Origin: Bacteroidota bacterium
GTDB lineage: Bacteria; Bacteroidota; Bacteroidia; Chitinophagales; Chitinophagaceae
Reading direction: 5' to 3'
Length of the DNA stretch: 64,000 nt
Assembly: GCA_003175935.1 (NCBI GenBank)
Contig: PSRI01000064.1
Location: 10,831 to 74,830 of the forward strand
Shown one piece after another: positions 48,942 to 59,800 of the stretch (position 1 is the first letter of the stretch; every line of letters begins with the position of its first letter). A program made the translations under genes and the position numbers. Below the pieces are notes generated by a model. It saw nothing but the letters and a program-made list of their open reading frames with translations, was not told the DNA's origin and searched no databases.

Positions 48942-49107
48942 CCTCCACCTTTCTTTGCATCAACGATTACGCTTTGTAAGGGCGTTCCAATGGAAAGTGT
49001 TTCAAAAATGCTCGGCCATAGAAATCTTCGCACCACGCAACACTATGCGAAAATATTAGATCAGAAAATTGCCAATGATATGCGAAGTATACAAGAAAAA
49101 TATGTTT
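48942..49107 (+). pseudogene. C-terminal fragment of a tyrosine site-specific recombinase (integrase)
   Basis: My translation is PPPFFASTITLCKGVPMESVSKMLGHRNLRTTQHYAKILDQKIANDMRSIQEKYV-stop. The GVP.E.VSKMLGH...TTQ.Y motif (catalytic Tyr box) is typical of Bacteroidota phage-type integrases. An in-frame TAG lies immediately upstream, so only ~55 codons remain. Confidence 0.7.
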
Positions 49108-49519
49108 AACATTATATCCTTGTACATATTGATTTCAATCTCATTTGTTCAAGATTTTTTTAATTCAATCAGCTTTGTGATGGTAGATTATTTAATAAAG
49201 CAAATTTTAATATGATTATTGAAAATATTGAACAAGCGAAACCAGTCTCTGCGGTTTACAAAAAATGCATCCAACTTTCGCCCAATGATTTTCGAATTTA
49301 AACATGATAGTCTTCAATTGGAAAAATTACCCAATTCGCCAAATAAAACTTAAATATTACAATGCAAGATTTGAATCCATATATTTTAGGCAAATTAATT
49401 TTTGATTCGGAGAAGTCTTTATAAGTTTCACTCTTCTATACGAATTTGCATACTAACCACTATTTCTAACAATAAATCTTTAGACACTTGACATTCTTTA
49501 AATTTTTGGGCTTATTGCC

Positions 49520-50038
49520 TTAATCATATTTCCATTCGACTAATTTTATTTTCTGTGTGGTTTCGTCAAGCCAAATGATAAGAAAATAATAGGTATATAC
49601 CATGGAAATTTCAGCCAAGATTGGGTCTCCTTTTTCGAACCATTCTTTACTAATTAAGTAAAATTCACTTACAGTTTCGTGTACTATAAATTGCTTAAAT
49701 TTATTCCAGATCTTAACAAAATCTGCATGGTCTTTGCCCCAGTTAGTTTCAGATTGGTATTCATTAAAGAAATCTATAAGTTCAACCTTTTTTATCTTTC
49801 GAAAATATTCTAAATTTATCAGTTTATCATCGAAAGCATGACCTGCAAACAAATTATTGTTTGTCTTATTTGCTTGGCTTGCGCTTATATTACAATCCTC
49901 TCTGTAATATTTGGAGTTTAGAAAAGTATCAATCAATTCGTTGCCATAATCGTCGGCCCCGACAATTGAAAATTCATACATATATTTTGATTGTTCGCCT
50001 TGAATCTCTATGGTTGAGTTTATTAAATTAAATTCCAT
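49520..50038 (-). CDS. putative cognate immunity protein of Rhs-B
   Basis: 172-aa ORF. Its ATG lies 2 nt after the Rhs-B stop, on the same strand. It is AT-rich and has no signal peptide. Confidence 0.7.
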   Translation of the reverse strand: MEFNLINSTIEIQGEQSKYMYEFSIVGADDYGNELIDTFLNSKYYREDCNISASQANKTNNNLFAGHAFDDKLINLEYFRKIKKVELIDFFNEYQSETNWGKDHADFVKIWNKFKQFIVHETVSEFYLISKEWFEKGDPILAEISMVYTYYFLIIWLDETTQKIKLVEWKYD

Positions 50039-50040
50039 TT

Positions 50041-50706
50041 TTAAGGATTTATTCTAAGTTTATAAATTACATCTCCCGTATTTATTTGAATGGATTCTCC
50101 ATTTGCAAACGATTTATAAAATTTCACAAATGTACCGTCACTCAATTTATATAAAGATTGACCAACTTCAGTCGCGTTTTGTGACACTTGTGTTTCTAAT
50201 GCCGCATAATCCGCAGTTGCTTCTCCATGTACTTCGCCATGTTTAAGCATCCCTTCTTCAAACTTCAAATCTTCTAGTTGTCCCATTAAATCTTCGGCTG
50301 ATCCTATGGTCGCATCGGCTGCACCAGTTGCAAGCTCTTCCTCTGAAACTGAGTTAACTTCTTCTCCTTCAATAGCAACATCCAACAATTCTCCTCCTAC
50401 TTCAGACAAGGCAATAATTAGAAAGGTTTTGTACAAATGTGCATCACTCTTCCAATATCCACTCATTTTCCTTCTGTATCGAATAGCTTCGGCGGATGTA
50501 GCATTGTTTAATTGCTTTCTTGCATTATCAGATAACAATTTATTTTGAAATGCCCATCTGCGTATAGCGTCAGGTGAATGCTGGCGAGCTAATTCGAAGT
50601 CAACCCATGCGCTTATGGTCTCGTAATTTGCGCGATTTAGCACATCAGTGGGGCTTCCTTTTTTAGGAACTTTTATTACAATTGGCGACAGAGTAATTGT
50701 GTCTGT
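50041..50706 (-). other. Rhs-B C-terminal variable (toxin) tail, ~221 aa, family not recognised
   Basis: This is the sequence after DPLGLKA. It is unrelated to the tails of Rhs-A and of the orphan cassette. Confidence 0.6.
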
Positions 50707-53700
50707 CGCCTTAAGTCCCAAAGGATCATTAAATCTGATTGGATTGTTGTTTGCAAATGAATAAGCTGAAATCGAGTTAATAATGTCAGCCAATCTGTCG
50801 ATTTGCACAAATCTTCCAATCTGAGGGTCATATGATCTAAATTTAGCGTCATACATGTCGAATCCAGACCCATCAGAAAATTCGTTGCTCTGCAATTCAT
50901 TGCCATTATTGAATCCCAATAATATTCTTGACTTCCCAAAAACCAAGGATTTTGCTGAAATTCCCGCAATTGATAGTCCAAAAGGATAGTAGTGATTCTC
51001 CTCCAATAATTTACCTCTGTGATGATTCACCTGGAAATTCTCAAAGTAAACATCCATGGGGCTTTCGTTTGAAAGGTATACATATAAATAACCATTGGTG
51101 CCCATCACATGTCCCAATTCAATCAGGGAATCTTTAGTATCCGCGCTTGACGAAATTTGCCTTGTACCGCTACTGCTATTTACCAAATTAAACTGTTCAT
51201 CAAATAATATCCAGTTTAAATATGCCTTGGGTTTCCCAGCATTTTGATTCGGATCGGTATTTTTCAAATCATCAATATTGGGATACCCGCTGGTATTGAA
51301 TGTCGCTAAATTCCGATCTCCAATGCTGAAGTGACCTGAAGGATCTAATGCCGTGGAAGTACCGCCAAATGCGACAATCAAACCTGCAACCATTTCTGAA
51401 ACAATATGGCTGTTACTGTTATTTTGAGTGGAGGCCTGGTAGAACACATTTGTTTTCATATCCACCGTATCCGTAGCCATTACTTTTAGCAAAATGCTTG
51501 GACCGATTCTTCGAGCAGGATCAGAATAATTCAGTTTCACCATATAATGGTTGCTCGTATCTGAATCATATCCGTTAGGTTTGGCTCCTTGAATGGAAGA
51601 AAGAGGGTTCGGATTATAATACAGTTGCTCGGTAGCACGATTTACAGTCTCCATCGTTAGAGCAGGATATTTGTCTGTCTGACTTTCCTCCGTCAATACC
51701 ATACGCACGTTACCTAAATGATCTTTGATGAAGTAATCCCACGAGTAGTGAACTGGATTTGTTCCCTGCGCCAATACATATCTCAATCTTCCTTCTTCAT
51801 GCAAAATGATTTGCAGGGTATCATTATCATAAATGTAAGCTCCTGTGTAACTAGTCGTAGTTGTCTTCACTCCAGAAGTGCTGTCCACCACAATCTTCTT
51901 TAATTTATTTCCTGCAGCATCGTATACATAGTTAATCGTTCCTTTTCCGTTTATTGAAATCTGTTGAGGCAGATTCAGGAAATTGTAACTGATGTTTGAA
52001 ATTTTCTTGTTATTATCTAGCACTAAATTGCCATTGCCATCATAGACATAATCATCTCCGGAATTCAAGCCATCTTTAAAGTCTCCCAATGGTGCAGTGA
52101 TCCCACTAGCATCAGCGACCTTCGCAAGTTTATTTGTCCAAGCACCTGAACCTTGATAAGAATAGGTCAAGCGATCTATGTATGCAGAAGTATTTAATAA
52201 GAGCCCCTTTTGATTCATGGACAGAATATTCCCATTGGCATCGTAGCTTAAACTATCCACACTAAAATTTACATTCGCATCAGTCGCATAGCCGCCACCG
52301 CTATTTTGGGTGTAATCCGCTTTCAGAATTCTGTTCGTGTTGTCATATCCAAATCCATAGGCCCGTCCGATGGGATTGCCACGGCTCTTCCAGGCGGTTC
52401 CAGCAATATTTCCGTTTAGCTGGTTCAGTGTAAATCCAAAATCGTATGCCAGATCCATTCCGAAGAAATTACTCGTGCTGACACCCGTTACATAGTCGCG
52501 GTTGATTCCTTTCAACCATCCGCGAATATTATAATCATAGGCCAGTGACTCGACCGGTTGATTGCCCAGTGATTTATTCTTCAAGCGGCCTAAAACATCA
52601 TAAGTGTTGGTAGCAATTGCTTCAGGAGATGTAGAACCATTCAGATACTTATTAACTGTTGTCACCCGCCCTTGGGCGTCATAGTTAAATGCGGTAACCA
52701 GTTTATTATATTTGACCGGAGCTACAGAAGAAATGATACTATGTGTAGCGCAGGTACTCAATGCTTTTCCTGCAAAATCATACTGCGTTGTAGTCGTATC
52801 CCAGGCTCCCGTCAGGTTTAGTGATTGTTGTTGAATGGGCCTGTTGAATTCATCATAGAAATTAATTCCGAGTTCATATAAATTATTGTTTAGTGGATCC
52901 AGCACTTTGATTCTTGAACCCGTTTGCATGCCACGAGTTTGCGCACTTGAAGAAGGTGTTTGCGTATAGGCGCCTGACAATATAACTGGCAAATCGTTGG
53001 TGTTATTAAAAGCAGTTGTGAAACTGTGATTGATATTGATATCGCTCCTGGATTGCCAGTTTTGATCATCATAAAAACTTTCCGTCAAGATCGAATATGT
53101 ACCACTTAACGTTGGATAGCTGATGCTGGATTGAGAAGATGTCTGATGGGTTGCGCGATCAGAACCATTGTTCCAAAGAGTAGTGCTGATGGTTCGATTC
53201 AGGCTATCAAATGTGGAAACCAACCATTGACTGTTTTGCCTCAGGACAGAATCTCTTGACATAACCATTCTGTCTCTTGCGTCATATACCATTTCCACAA
53301 CTCCTGCACCCGGAACTTTTTTGGTAATCAACCTTCCTTCCTGGTCGTAATTGTAAGAGAAGCATAATTCATCCCCGACGCCTGCACTCAAAGTCCAAGC
53401 ATTCTGATTTGCATATTGAACAGCTTTGGGCGGAATGACATAGCGTAGCCGGTCCAAATTATCATACACATAATAGGTAGCTAACCAACCTGAATAACCG
53501 TTAAACAAAGTATCAGACAACTGTACTTTTTTCAAAATGGTTTTTCCGTCTTTATCTTTGAATTCAATGACTTTATTATCATGTTCGTCCGTGGTGATAA
53601 TCTCCGCGAGCGCTCCCGCTACATAACTTGATGAAGTTTGTGGAATATCTGAAATTAAGTTTCCAATTGTCCAAATTCGAACTGAATCCAGATCGCCATT

Positions 53701-56700
53701 AAAAGTGTAATCTGTTCTTGCCCCGATATTATTCCCCGTCCAGCTATTGCCCGGTGCCGTTGCTTTGATGATCCGATTTTCAGGTGATGCTTCATAAATG
53801 GAATTACTATAATAAAATCCTTCTTTATTATTGAATAAAGAATTATAAAAGCCAGGTTGCCTGCTATTGGCATCAGTTCTGAAATTCCCGCTTGATGCCG
53901 AATCCGTGTAAGGCAGATATTGCTGTGCCACCCGACCCAGTATATCATAATTTTTTACAGTGATTAAGTCAGCGCTGCTTGGGTTTGCCTGTTTGGCTAC
54001 TGTCTGTACATCTCTTCCCAAATCATCAAAATAAGTGGTCGATTGCATGGCATCACTGGGCGAAGTCAAAGCTTTTGCTGCACTTACAGTGTTGATGGCA
54101 TTCTTATTGACATCCCAACTTCTGATGAAATTAATTTTGGAATTCGAAATACTTAAAAGTGTTACCGGTGCAATTGACGCAGGAGTAATTCCAGGATCGG
54201 CTACACTTTGCGTAGTTGTAGTTGGCAAATTCGTTCCTGTAGAACCTGGTCTCACTTTCACTCTCACTACATTTAGAAATCCCGACACGAAAGAATACCC
54301 GTTTTGTGGCCCATTGGTCACATACCTTCTATAATAAGTGGTCCTTGATAAGGCACTGGAACTGTAATTCTGAGAAGTTCCGCCAGAAATATTTTTCCAG
54401 TTTACTTCATCATCTGATTGCTGCCACTGGTATGAATAGGACGCAACTGTTCCACCATTGGCTTGTGTTCCCGAAAGTGAGACACTTTGACCGGAATTGA
54501 TCACTAAAGTATTTGGAGAAATGGTTCCTGGATCAAAGTGTACAATCTTTACCAGAACTTGCAGCGTATTAGAATACCGCGAGGTCACAGCATTCGTTGC
54601 TTTCCTTCGGTAAAATACACTGGTGGCAAGTGGGTCTGTCGGCTGAAAATCGATTCCAGTCCCACTATTGGTAAGTGGATAAAAGTCCAAATTGTTGAGT
54701 GAATATTCCCACTGATATGTATAAACGCTATCCAGCCCTCCGGTTGGCAAACTTCCAGTCATTACTGCTGGAACCGTATTCCAACCAATGGAATCTGTAT
54801 TCGATAAACTGATTGTACCCGGATTAAAGTAAGGGAATACTAAAACATAACTGGTATCCGTAAACGCAGAATCAGATCCGCAAATCACCTTCCGTCGGTA
54901 ATAACCACTAATTGTTGTTGGATCAACTATACTGCGACTCGTTTGGCCTGAGATCGGTAAATAATGGATGGAATCCGTAGACTTTTGCCACTGGTAAGTA
55001 AAAGAACCTCCACAAGTTCCACCTGTAGCTGAGTCCGGACTTGAATCTATCGTAATAGAACTACCATTTTCCAGAGTTTGGTAAGGTTTTCCAATAATGC
55101 CTGGTGAAAGAGGAGAATTATGGACATTCACTTTGAGTGTCACAAAAACACCACCGCTGTCCAAAGTCACAGTCTGTTGACCAATGCCCGTCCAATGGAT
55201 GTATGCTTCAGGAACGTGTGACGCACCGCCTACAACTGTTCCGCCACTGGTTGCACTCCAATTATAAATGCTGGAATTGCCGGTGTTATAGTGATATAGA
55301 GCGGTTTGTCCAACCCAGCAATCTGTAGGTCCTGCAAGTCGACTGATTTCCGTATCTATTGTATCAATGATACTATATGCTGTTTCACCACCCACAGAGA
55401 TTTTCATCCGGTAATAGGTCTTGGTAGCAGGATTGAAATAGCCTGGATTGTATGTCAGTAATATGGCACCTGTAATATCTGACCATGATGTTCCGTTGGC
55501 CGATTGTTGCCATTGATAAGCGTAGCATCCCTCTCCAGGGCATGCACCGCCGGAGGCAAGCCCGCATTTCAAATTAATGGGCATGTTGGTATAGGAGTTG
55601 GCTAACTGGTAGGTTGGCCAGGTATTTCCAGAAACCAAAGGCGGGAAATGCACTGAAATCGTATTGGTATAAACGGTTTCTGACCTGTTAACAGTTTTCA
55701 AACGGTAATAGGTAGCCGAAGTAAGATTCCCCGGACTCAGTGTCAAACTTCCTGCGGTACCTGTGTTGGTCCAATTCACATTATCAGTGGACTGTTGCCA
55801 TTGATAGGCATAACTACTAGTAATACCTCCGCTGGAGGTTGTTGCTGTAAGGGTGCCAGGATCGCCATTGTAAGCTATCGTTACGTTGGATGGCGATGCG
55901 GTGCCAGCAGACAAATGCGGGTGTACAATCACCTGCACATCATTTGAGTTCGCTGTCTGGGTGGAGCAGGTGGCTACACGACGAAAATAAGTTGATGTCG
56001 TTAAAGGGCCTGGCGTATAACTGGCACTCGTGGCGCCACTTATGGGTCCAGTAAAGTTTGTGCCATCCGTAGAAGAATACCATTTGTAAGTATAAGATCC
56101 ACTACATCCACCACCCGATGCGGCAGTTCCGGAAATGGTAGCTGGCTGCACACTTACGAAAGTATCCTGCGTAGCCGGTGAAAGCGTTCCGCCTAATAAC
56201 TGCGGGTATACGTTAGCGGTATAGACATTAGTATAGGCAGTCACTCCATTGCAGCTTACGGCTCTCCTGTAATAAGTTGTTGAAGTAAGCGAAGGAGGCT
56301 GATAGTTTTGTCCTGTGGCTGTTGAAATATTGGTAAAAGTCGAATTGTCCGGGCTTGACTGCCACTGATAAGCATAAGACCCACCACAATTTCCACCCGT
56401 GGCAACTGATGCCGTAAGTTGTGCGGGTGCGGTACCATACAATAAATTGGCTGTAGTTGGAGATATGGTTAAGCTACCTCCTGTTAACGGTGGAATTGGA
56501 CTGATTGTCACATTCAGAGTGGCTACAACAACACCTGTATTGTCCTTGATCTTTACAAACCCACTTGTAACATCTGGGAACCAAGTAACATCAACACTGC
56601 TATTTGTCGCAGAGGAAGCGGAACCAGATCCAATGAACCAGGTATAGTTCGATGGCTTTGATGGTGATACGGTATAGGTATATCGATTTGTCTCAATAAC

Positions 56701-56832
56701 AGAAGCCGGTCCCGAAATAACGTAGTCTATTACTAACGGATTTATAGTTTGAGCTGAAGCATTAATTGCAAAGGTGAACGACAAAATCGTTCCCAATAAG
56801 ATTTGTGTTTTACGAAGGATAGCCAGTTTCAT
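50041..56832 (-). CDS. Rhs-B: giant secreted polymorphic toxin (two head modules + seven Ig-like repeats + DUF6443-like region + YD/RHS shell + variable tail)
   Basis: 2263-aa ORF with signal peptide MKLAILRKTQILLGTILSFTFAINASAQ. It has seven GG.C.GSY.YQWQ-type repeats. A DUF6443-like block reads TTYFDDLGRDVQTVAKQ (~54010). It has many YD repeats. The RHS core end is RSYDPQIGRFVQIDRLADIINSISAYSFANNNPIRFNDPLGLKA (~50709-50840). Confidence 0.9.
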   Translation of the reverse strand: MKLAILRKTQILLGTILSFTFAINASAQTINPLVIDYVISGPASVIETNRYTYTVSPSKPSNYTWFIGSGSASSATNSSVDVTWFPDVTSGFVKIKDNTGVVVATLNVTISPIPPLTGGSLTISPTTANLLYGTAPAQLTASVATGGNCGGSYAYQWQSSPDNSTFTNISTATGQNYQPPSLTSTTYYRRAVSCNGVTAYTNVYTANVYPQLLGGTLSPATQDTFVSVQPATISGTAASGGGCSGSYTYKWYSSTDGTNFTGPISGATSASYTPGPLTTSTYFRRVATCSTQTANSNDVQVIVHPHLSAGTASPSNVTIAYNGDPGTLTATTSSGGITSSYAYQWQQSTDNVNWTNTGTAGSLTLSPGNLTSATYYRLKTVNRSETVYTNTISVHFPPLVSGNTWPTYQLANSYTNMPINLKCGLASGGACPGEGCYAYQWQQSANGTSWSDITGAILLTYNPGYFNPATKTYYRMKISVGGETAYSIIDTIDTEISRLAGPTDCWVGQTALYHYNTGNSSIYNWSATSGGTVVGGASHVPEAYIHWTGIGQQTVTLDSGGVFVTLKVNVHNSPLSPGIIGKPYQTLENGSSITIDSSPDSATGGTCGGSFTYQWQKSTDSIHYLPISGQTSRSIVDPTTISGYYRRKVICGSDSAFTDTSYVLVFPYFNPGTISLSNTDSIGWNTVPAVMTGSLPTGGLDSVYTYQWEYSLNNLDFYPLTNSGTGIDFQPTDPLATSVFYRRKATNAVTSRYSNTLQVLVKIVHFDPGTISPNTLVINSGQSVSLSGTQANGGTVASYSYQWQQSDDEVNWKNISGGTSQNYSSSALSRTTYYRRYVTNGPQNGYSFVSGFLNVVRVKVRPGSTGTNLPTTTTQSVADPGITPASIAPVTLLSISNSKINFIRSWDVNKNAINTVSAAKALTSPSDAMQSTTYFDDLGRDVQTVAKQANPSSADLITVKNYDILGRVAQQYLPYTDSASSGNFRTDANSRQPGFYNSLFNNKEGFYYSNSIYEASPENRIIKATAPGNSWTGNNIGARTDYTFNGDLDSVRIWTIGNLISDIPQTSSSYVAGALAEIITTDEHDNKVIEFKDKDGKTILKKVQLSDTLFNGYSGWLATYYVYDNLDRLRYVIPPKAVQYANQNAWTLSAGVGDELCFSYNYDQEGRLITKKVPGAGVVEMVYDARDRMVMSRDSVLRQNSQWLVSTFDSLNRTISTTLWNNGSDRATHQTSSQSSISYPTLSGTYSILTESFYDDQNWQSRSDININHSFTTAFNNTNDLPVILSGAYTQTPSSSAQTRGMQTGSRIKVLDPLNNNLYELGINFYDEFNRPIQQQSLNLTGAWDTTTTQYDFAGKALSTCATHSIISSVAPVKYNKLVTAFNYDAQGRVTTVNKYLNGSTSPEAIATNTYDVLGRLKNKSLGNQPVESLAYDYNIRGWLKGINRDYVTGVSTSNFFGMDLAYDFGFTLNQLNGNIAGTAWKSRGNPIGRAYGFGYDNTNRILKADYTQNSGGGYATDANVNFSVDSLSYDANGNILSMNQKGLLLNTSAYIDRLTYSYQGSGAWTNKLAKVADASGITAPLGDFKDGLNSGDDYVYDGNGNLVLDNNKKISNISYNFLNLPQQISINGKGTINYVYDAAGNKLKKIVVDSTSGVKTTTTSYTGAYIYDNDTLQIILHEEGRLRYVLAQGTNPVHYSWDYFIKDHLGNVRMVLTEESQTDKYPALTMETVNRATEQLYYNPNPLSSIQGAKPNGYDSDTSNHYMVKLNYSDPARRIGPSILLKVMATDTVDMKTNVFYQASTQNNSNSHIVSEMVAGLIVAFGGTSTALDPSGHFSIGDRNLATFNTSGYPNIDDLKNTDPNQNAGKPKAYLNWILFDEQFNLVNSSSGTRQISSSADTKDSLIELGHVMGTNGYLYVYLSNESPMDVYFENFQVNHHRGKLLEENHYYPFGLSIAGISAKSLVFGKSRILLGFNNGNELQSNEFSDGSGFDMYDAKFRSYDPQIGRFVQIDRLADIINSISAYSFANNNPIRFNDPLGLKATDTITLSPIVIKVPKKGSPTDVLNRANYETISAWVDFELARQHSPDAIRRWAFQNKLLSDNARKQLNNATSAEAIRYRRKMSGYWKSDAHLYKTFLIIALSEVGGELLDVAIEGEEVNSVSEEELATGAADATIGSAEDLMGQLEDLKFEEGMLKHGEVHGEATADYAALETQVSQNATEVGQSLYKLSDGTFVKFYKSFANGESIQINTGDVIYKLRINP

Positions 56833-56887
56833 ATGCAGTGTTAGAGGGTAGTTGAATCTTTGTTTTTCTCAGAATTGTCCTTATGAA

Positions 56888-59800
56888 TTATCTCGAAAGC
56901 TCTCCATAGTTATATTCAAACACTTTGCGAATGTTTCCATATTGATCTTTGATGTCCAACAGTCTGTTGAAAGAATCATAGTCGTAATAACAAATGGTTC
57001 CGTTCACACTCACAATCGCTATTAACCTCATCAACGAATCATAGGTGTAGGTGCTCATCTGGGCATTGGCTGGATATAGGGATACTTCATCTATATTGCC
57101 ACTGCCCGATACCGTTATGGTTGTTGCCCCGGTCACTGCAACTTCATTATACTGGTATCCATTCACTGTTCTTCCGGTTATTGCATTGCTCGTAGTTCCT
57201 CCCGAGATAGAAACTGACGATCCACTTTTTTTCCAATAAGAAACGATATAGGATTTTCCTGATGTCAGACTTGATTTACTGAGTGAGGAAGAACTGAGCG
57301 AAATCGCTTTTGCTCCCGTAGGCGCTGTGGCATCTGATACAACTGCAGAAGCAGTGTAATTCCAATTTCCTTTTTCTGGACTTTCAAAACTATTGAAGGC
57401 GACATCCTGGAATGTTGCATTATCCACCTGCGCCAATGGCAAATTCAAATTGTTATCCCAAATGATGGCCTGGTTTTTATCGTTCACCAGTTTCTGATCT
57501 GTGATTTTACCCGTGCTGCCGTTAACATTGAAATTGGCTTTTTCAACGAAATAACTGCTCGGCAGTAAGGTCGTATACTTGGAACTAAATCCTACATTTT
57601 CCCCAACCTGGGTCTGCGTCAATGGCACCGTGGTTTCTAGTGCATAAATCTTCACCGGGTTAATAAATGTATCCACACCACTTGTCGCAAAGTCTTTATA
57701 CTGTGTAATCGTTCCACCGATAAGTTGATTGTTTTTCCAAACCCTTGTCGCAATGGGAAGCAGCATATTGCGACTCGACATTTTCGCAAAGACACTATCA
57801 GAGGATGCCGTATTGGTATAGTCAAAGGAGTAATAATTCTTGCTGATCATCACATCACCTACACTATTAGTAGTAGTATCACTGGTCCTCAGTGAATGCG
57901 CATCGTTTTCATACCCGTAGGTATGCGTTGTGACCATGGATTTGGAATCCTTATAATCGGTTATTATAGTGGAAACCAGATGCGAAATTCCCGTCCTCAG
58001 CTTATAAAAAGTCATTGCATCATCATAAAGTGCTGTCTGATTCTGATGTCGGAATAATTTGAAGCCACGGATCGAGTAATCTTCATGGTATTTTTCACTA
58101 AAAACATTTCTGACCTTACGCAAAAGCACACCCGAAGAATCATAAGTGTCTTCTCCAAGTTGTTGCCCTCTCCTGAAATCCAGTTGATCTGGAGCCGCCG
58201 GATATAAATCCGGAAGAAGGCCTCCAAAATAATATTCCAGGTATTGTGGTAAGGTGTCATTGAAATGACCATTCCCAAAATATCCAGTTACAGGACCATA
58301 ATCAGACTGAACCGTAGTATAACCCGTGTAGTTATACATGCTCAGGCGGGATGTATTATTGAAGAACTGATCGGCCATATAGGAATACATTTTATATCCT
58401 CCTTCTCCACTGGGTCCAAATGTTTCCTTTACGAACGGATAACCAATTGGATTACCCTGGAAGTCTTGAAGTGGTACCACACTTTGCGATTCCCTGACTG
58501 CGCATCTTAAATAGACGGGACCAAATCCGTATCCCTGGTAGCTGACCGTTGGCCCTGAGAACAACCAATTAATCGTATAATAAAATTCATTTTGAGGAAA
58601 AAGCAAATATTGAGGCGTGTGATACAAAACACCGCCTCTGCCATAATCAAAACTGCGTACCTGTACATTACTGGTGAGACTATCCTGCGTGGTTATCTTT
58701 TTAATCCGTAGCCCTCCTACGAATTGGAAAGGACTGCCTTGCGTTGAAGTATGCGCTTCAAAATCTAATGTAGTAGTAACCCCTAATGGGTCTTTAATCG
58801 TGCGAATGGTAAAGGATTTCATTGAAAGGGTATCGGCATTTCGGTTGGCGGCTTCACCGTTGGTATTTAAGCAAATTTGATTGTATACATGTGGTGTAAA
58901 CCGCTTGTTACTGTTGCCTGAATAATTATTACTATAGCCCCAATGGTCCTGGTCGTAACTCATCCTGCGGGGTAATTGTTTATTTTCCAAATAGGTAAAA
59001 GAATATGGAGGCTTTGTGGACAACCCATCTCCGGAAATCTCTCTCACAGAAAGTAATTTCAGTCTCTTCGTATCCGATGTATCTCCACCCATATAGCCCG
59101 CTGCTCCTGTAGGTAAATTTGCCGCCGTAGTTGATTTAAAATAGGAATAGCTGAGCAGGTATTGTTTGATGCATTGATTCTGGGCATTGAATATTTTAAC
59201 AGAATCTAACTGATTGGAGGATCCGACTAAATCCTGCCGTGCTGTGTTTGCAATGAATTTGATATTAAAATTCCTGGATGTAATGTTGTTTAATTTCAAT
59301 CCAGTCACAGTGGTTTTATAAATCGTCATGGGCGGATCTATAATGGTACAGGCCTGAGTCATATTTACATCACCCGATCCTCCGAAAATTTTAGTTTCCT
59401 GACCGAGGTCATAGTACGAGAATGCCTCCGTTGTATAGTTGAAATAAACTGTATCCTTGGTATTGGGATAGATGATGCGTGTCAGAAACCAGCTGGATGG
59501 TTTTTGCGTATTGAAATCCGTCGTAGTTTGATTCGAAGTGACTGCAGTGACCTCATGCATATTGTTCTCACCGAAATAATAGCGGGTACCATCAGGCGTC
59601 GTAATAAGCCATGAAGTGAAATTGCTTCCATCATACGCAACGGAAATTTTTACGTCTTCTTCTGTAATCATTCGGGGCGTTCTGGATTCATCAAAAACAA
59701 ATTTTCCTGTATAACCATTGAAATTAAAAGTGAACAAATCCGGTTCTGTGTCCATTTTTCCTGCACTGAGTTGTTGCTTGAAATATTCAAACTGCGGCGT

